DNA of 61,854 nt, counting the filler. It is 6 parts of 6 records of this genome, joined end to end, with 100 filler letters (N's around TTAATTAATTAA, not from the genome) between each part and the next. Parts side by side here need not be neighbours in the genome. Positions count along the whole stretch, not along the records: positions 55,794 to 61,854 come from SRR2962707_4783; 5 more parts are not named here. One strand, given 5' to 3'. The position numbers were made by a program, and so were the translations under genes. Within the stretch, counting starts at the first letter, position 1. Each line of letters begins with the position of its first letter. The notes under the pieces were generated by a model. It saw nothing but the letters and a program-made list of their open reading frames with translations. It searched no databases and was not told the DNA's origin. Positions 60,593 through 61,854 of this stretch are shown here, one piece after another.

Positions 60593-60629
60593 TAATTTGT
60601 TAATTAGTAAATGAGGTAATTTGAAAATT
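60593..60629. repeat. 8-bp periodic repeats downstream of the four-helix-bundle gene
   Basis: Plus strand TAATTTGT TAATTAGT AAATGAGG TAATTTGA AAATT. Confidence 0.7.
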
Positions 60630-60981
60630 ACTTGTTTTTACTCGTAGCTATAATTTTACTTATTACTAATATTATCGATTTCAAATCGTCTAATAATATT
60701 CCATCTGGACATGGATAATAAGGACACGCTAAACATAATTTCAACCAATATTTCACCTCATCAGCTTCTTTAGCTGCTATTTTAAACTTATGTATAAAAT
60801 CGGCTTTACTTTCTGCATTTTGTGCTTCAGCAATATTTGCTCCTATAGATGTACCAGATCTAAAAATTTGGGATGCCATTTCATATTTATACAATCCTCT
60901 TAGTTCTTCAGAAAATTGAATAATAGCAAGTGAAAACTTGAATGAGTGATTAACTATAAAATTTTCTTTGTCATTTCTCAT
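60628..60981 (-). CDS. Four-helix-bundle protein (23S rRNA intervening-sequence protein family, Avd-like)
   Basis: QIFRSGTSIGANIAEAQNAESKADFIHKFKIAAKEADEVKYWLKL; ATG at 60981 (MRNDKEN). Confidence 0.92.
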   Translation of the reverse strand: MRNDKENFIVNHSFKFSLAIIQFSEELRGLYKYEMASQIFRSGTSIGANIAEAQNAESKADFIHKFKIAAKEADEVKYWLKLCLACPYYPCPDGILLDDLKSIILVISKIIATSKNK

Positions 60982-60999
60982 TTTCAAATTTTCAAATTA
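60976..60999. repeat. 8-bp periodic repeats upstream of the four-helix-bundle gene, inverted relative to 60593-60629
   Basis: Minus strand TAATTTGA AAATTTGA AAATGAGA; perfect 13-bp inverted repeat between 60987-60999 and 60617-60629. Confidence 0.7.
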
Positions 61000-61005
61000 T
61001 AAAAT

Positions 61006-61707
61006 TTATTCTTTCTTCCTAACAGTTAATTGTTCAATCCGTTTTTCATATTTTTCACCTTTAAAAATACGTTGTACAAAAATTCCGGGGATATGTATTT
61101 CATTAGGATTTAGACTTCCTGCTGGCAAAAGCTCTTCAACCTCAGCAACGGTAATTTTTGCAGCACCACACATAACAGGATTGAAATTGCGAGCGGTTCC
61201 TTTAAAGATTAAATTTCCAGCTTCATCTCCTTTCCACGCTTTAACAAAAGAAAAATCAGCTTCAAAAGCATGTTCCAAAATATGAGGTTTCCCGTTAAAA
61301 ACTCTGCTTTCTTTCCCCTCTCCTACTTCGGTACCATACCCTGCTGGAGTATAAAAAGCAGGAATTCCAGCTTGGGCAGCACGACATCTTTCTGCCAAAG
61401 TTCCCTGCGGAATAAGCTCTACTTCCAACTCCCCACTCAACATTTGACGTTCAAACTCATCATTTTCTCCAACATAGGAAGAAATCATTTTTTTAATTTG
61501 TCTTTTTTGAAGTAACAGTCCGAGACCAAAATCATCGACCCCAGCATTATTAGAAACACACGTTAAATTTTTTACATTCAACGCTACCAATTTATTAATG
61601 CTATTTTCAGGAATTCCACAAAGTCCAAACCCTCCAAGCAAAAAAGTCATGTTGTCTTTTACTCCTTGAAGCGCTTCATCTACAGATGTTACTTTCTTAT
61701 TAATCAT
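61006..61707 (-). CDS. scoA: 3-oxoacid CoA-transferase subunit A
   Basis: [24 protein letters not shown] and ARNFNP motifs. Confidence 0.95.
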   Translation of the reverse strand: MINKKVTSVDEALQGVKDNMTFLLGGFGLCGIPENSINKLVALNVKNLTCVSNNAGVDDFGLGLLLQKRQIKKMISSYVGENDEFERQMLSGELEVELIPQGTLAERCRAAQAGIPAFYTPAGYGTEVGEGKESRVFNGKPHILEHAFEADFSFVKAWKGDEAGNLIFKGTARNFNPVMCGAAKITVAEVEELLPAGSLNPNEIHIPGIFVQRIFKGEKYEKRIEQLTVRKKE

Positions 61708-61826
61708 TTCGTAATATTTTAGATGAAAATTACGAATATTTCAAGAAAATAGAAATTATATTTTAATAATGTGTGAATAATATTGAATTGACCAATTCTT
61801 GTATCGAAAAATTGAAAGTAATTAAC

Positions 61827-61851
61827 TACCTCGGGGCAAGCCCGCAAGGTA
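61827..61851. repeat. Hairpin, REP or IS200/IS605-end-like, at window end
   Basis: TACCT-CG-GGGCAAGCCC-GCA-AGGTA imperfect palindrome. Confidence 0.4.
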
Positions 61852-61854
61852 TTC

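Noticed and set aside
60628-60981. Diversity-generating retroelement suggested by the Avd-like fold
   Set aside because: No reverse transcriptase or TR/VR pair in the contig.

Overview
This window is not one genome. It is six unrelated contigs joined by artificial N44-TTAATTAATTAA-N44 spacers, probably from a marine metagenome. Taxon labels below are impressions from gene content and base composition. (1) 1-8310, Marinobacter-like gammaproteobacterium: flgM, flgA, cheV, cheR, an MFS transporter, an NSS transporter, leucine dehydrogenase with a LiuR-type operator and an upstream small ORF, an isochorismatase-family hydrolase and the 5' end of a tRNA-Ser. (2) 8411-17098, high-GC alphaproteobacterium (Parvibaculum-like): YghU-type GST, CoA transferase, DUF2336 protein, pcaF thiolase, degenerate EAL protein, NUDIX hydrolase, membrane protein, NAD kinase, cutA and palindromic repeats. 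(3) 17199-27835, Cytophagales-like Bacteroidota: pgi, TrmH methyltransferase, tamL, hemF, LytTR regulator, riboflavin synthase, pcm, thioesterase, then two AT-rich secreted-protein genes separated by a long attC-like palindrome. (4) 27936-49123, Hyphomicrobiales-like: narK-narG-narH, a LysR/ureohydrolase/two-ABC/amidase cluster, an IclR remnant, and an M81 peptidase plus D-TA-family cluster. (5) 49224-55693, a eukaryote: the last exon of NOP10 and a hand-assembled 15-exon gene (~1424 aa) with EF-hand, dsRBD-like, ankyrin, WW, TRAF-type Zn-finger and Gly-rich domains. (6) 55794-61854, Flavobacteriaceae-like: higB remnant and higA, methyltransferase, solute symporter with DUF4212, and scoA/scoB split by a four-helix-bundle gene flanked by inverted 8-bp periodic repeats. 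The best leads are the IVS-like four-helix-bundle insertion, the integron-cassette-like array in contig 3 and the multidomain protist gene.
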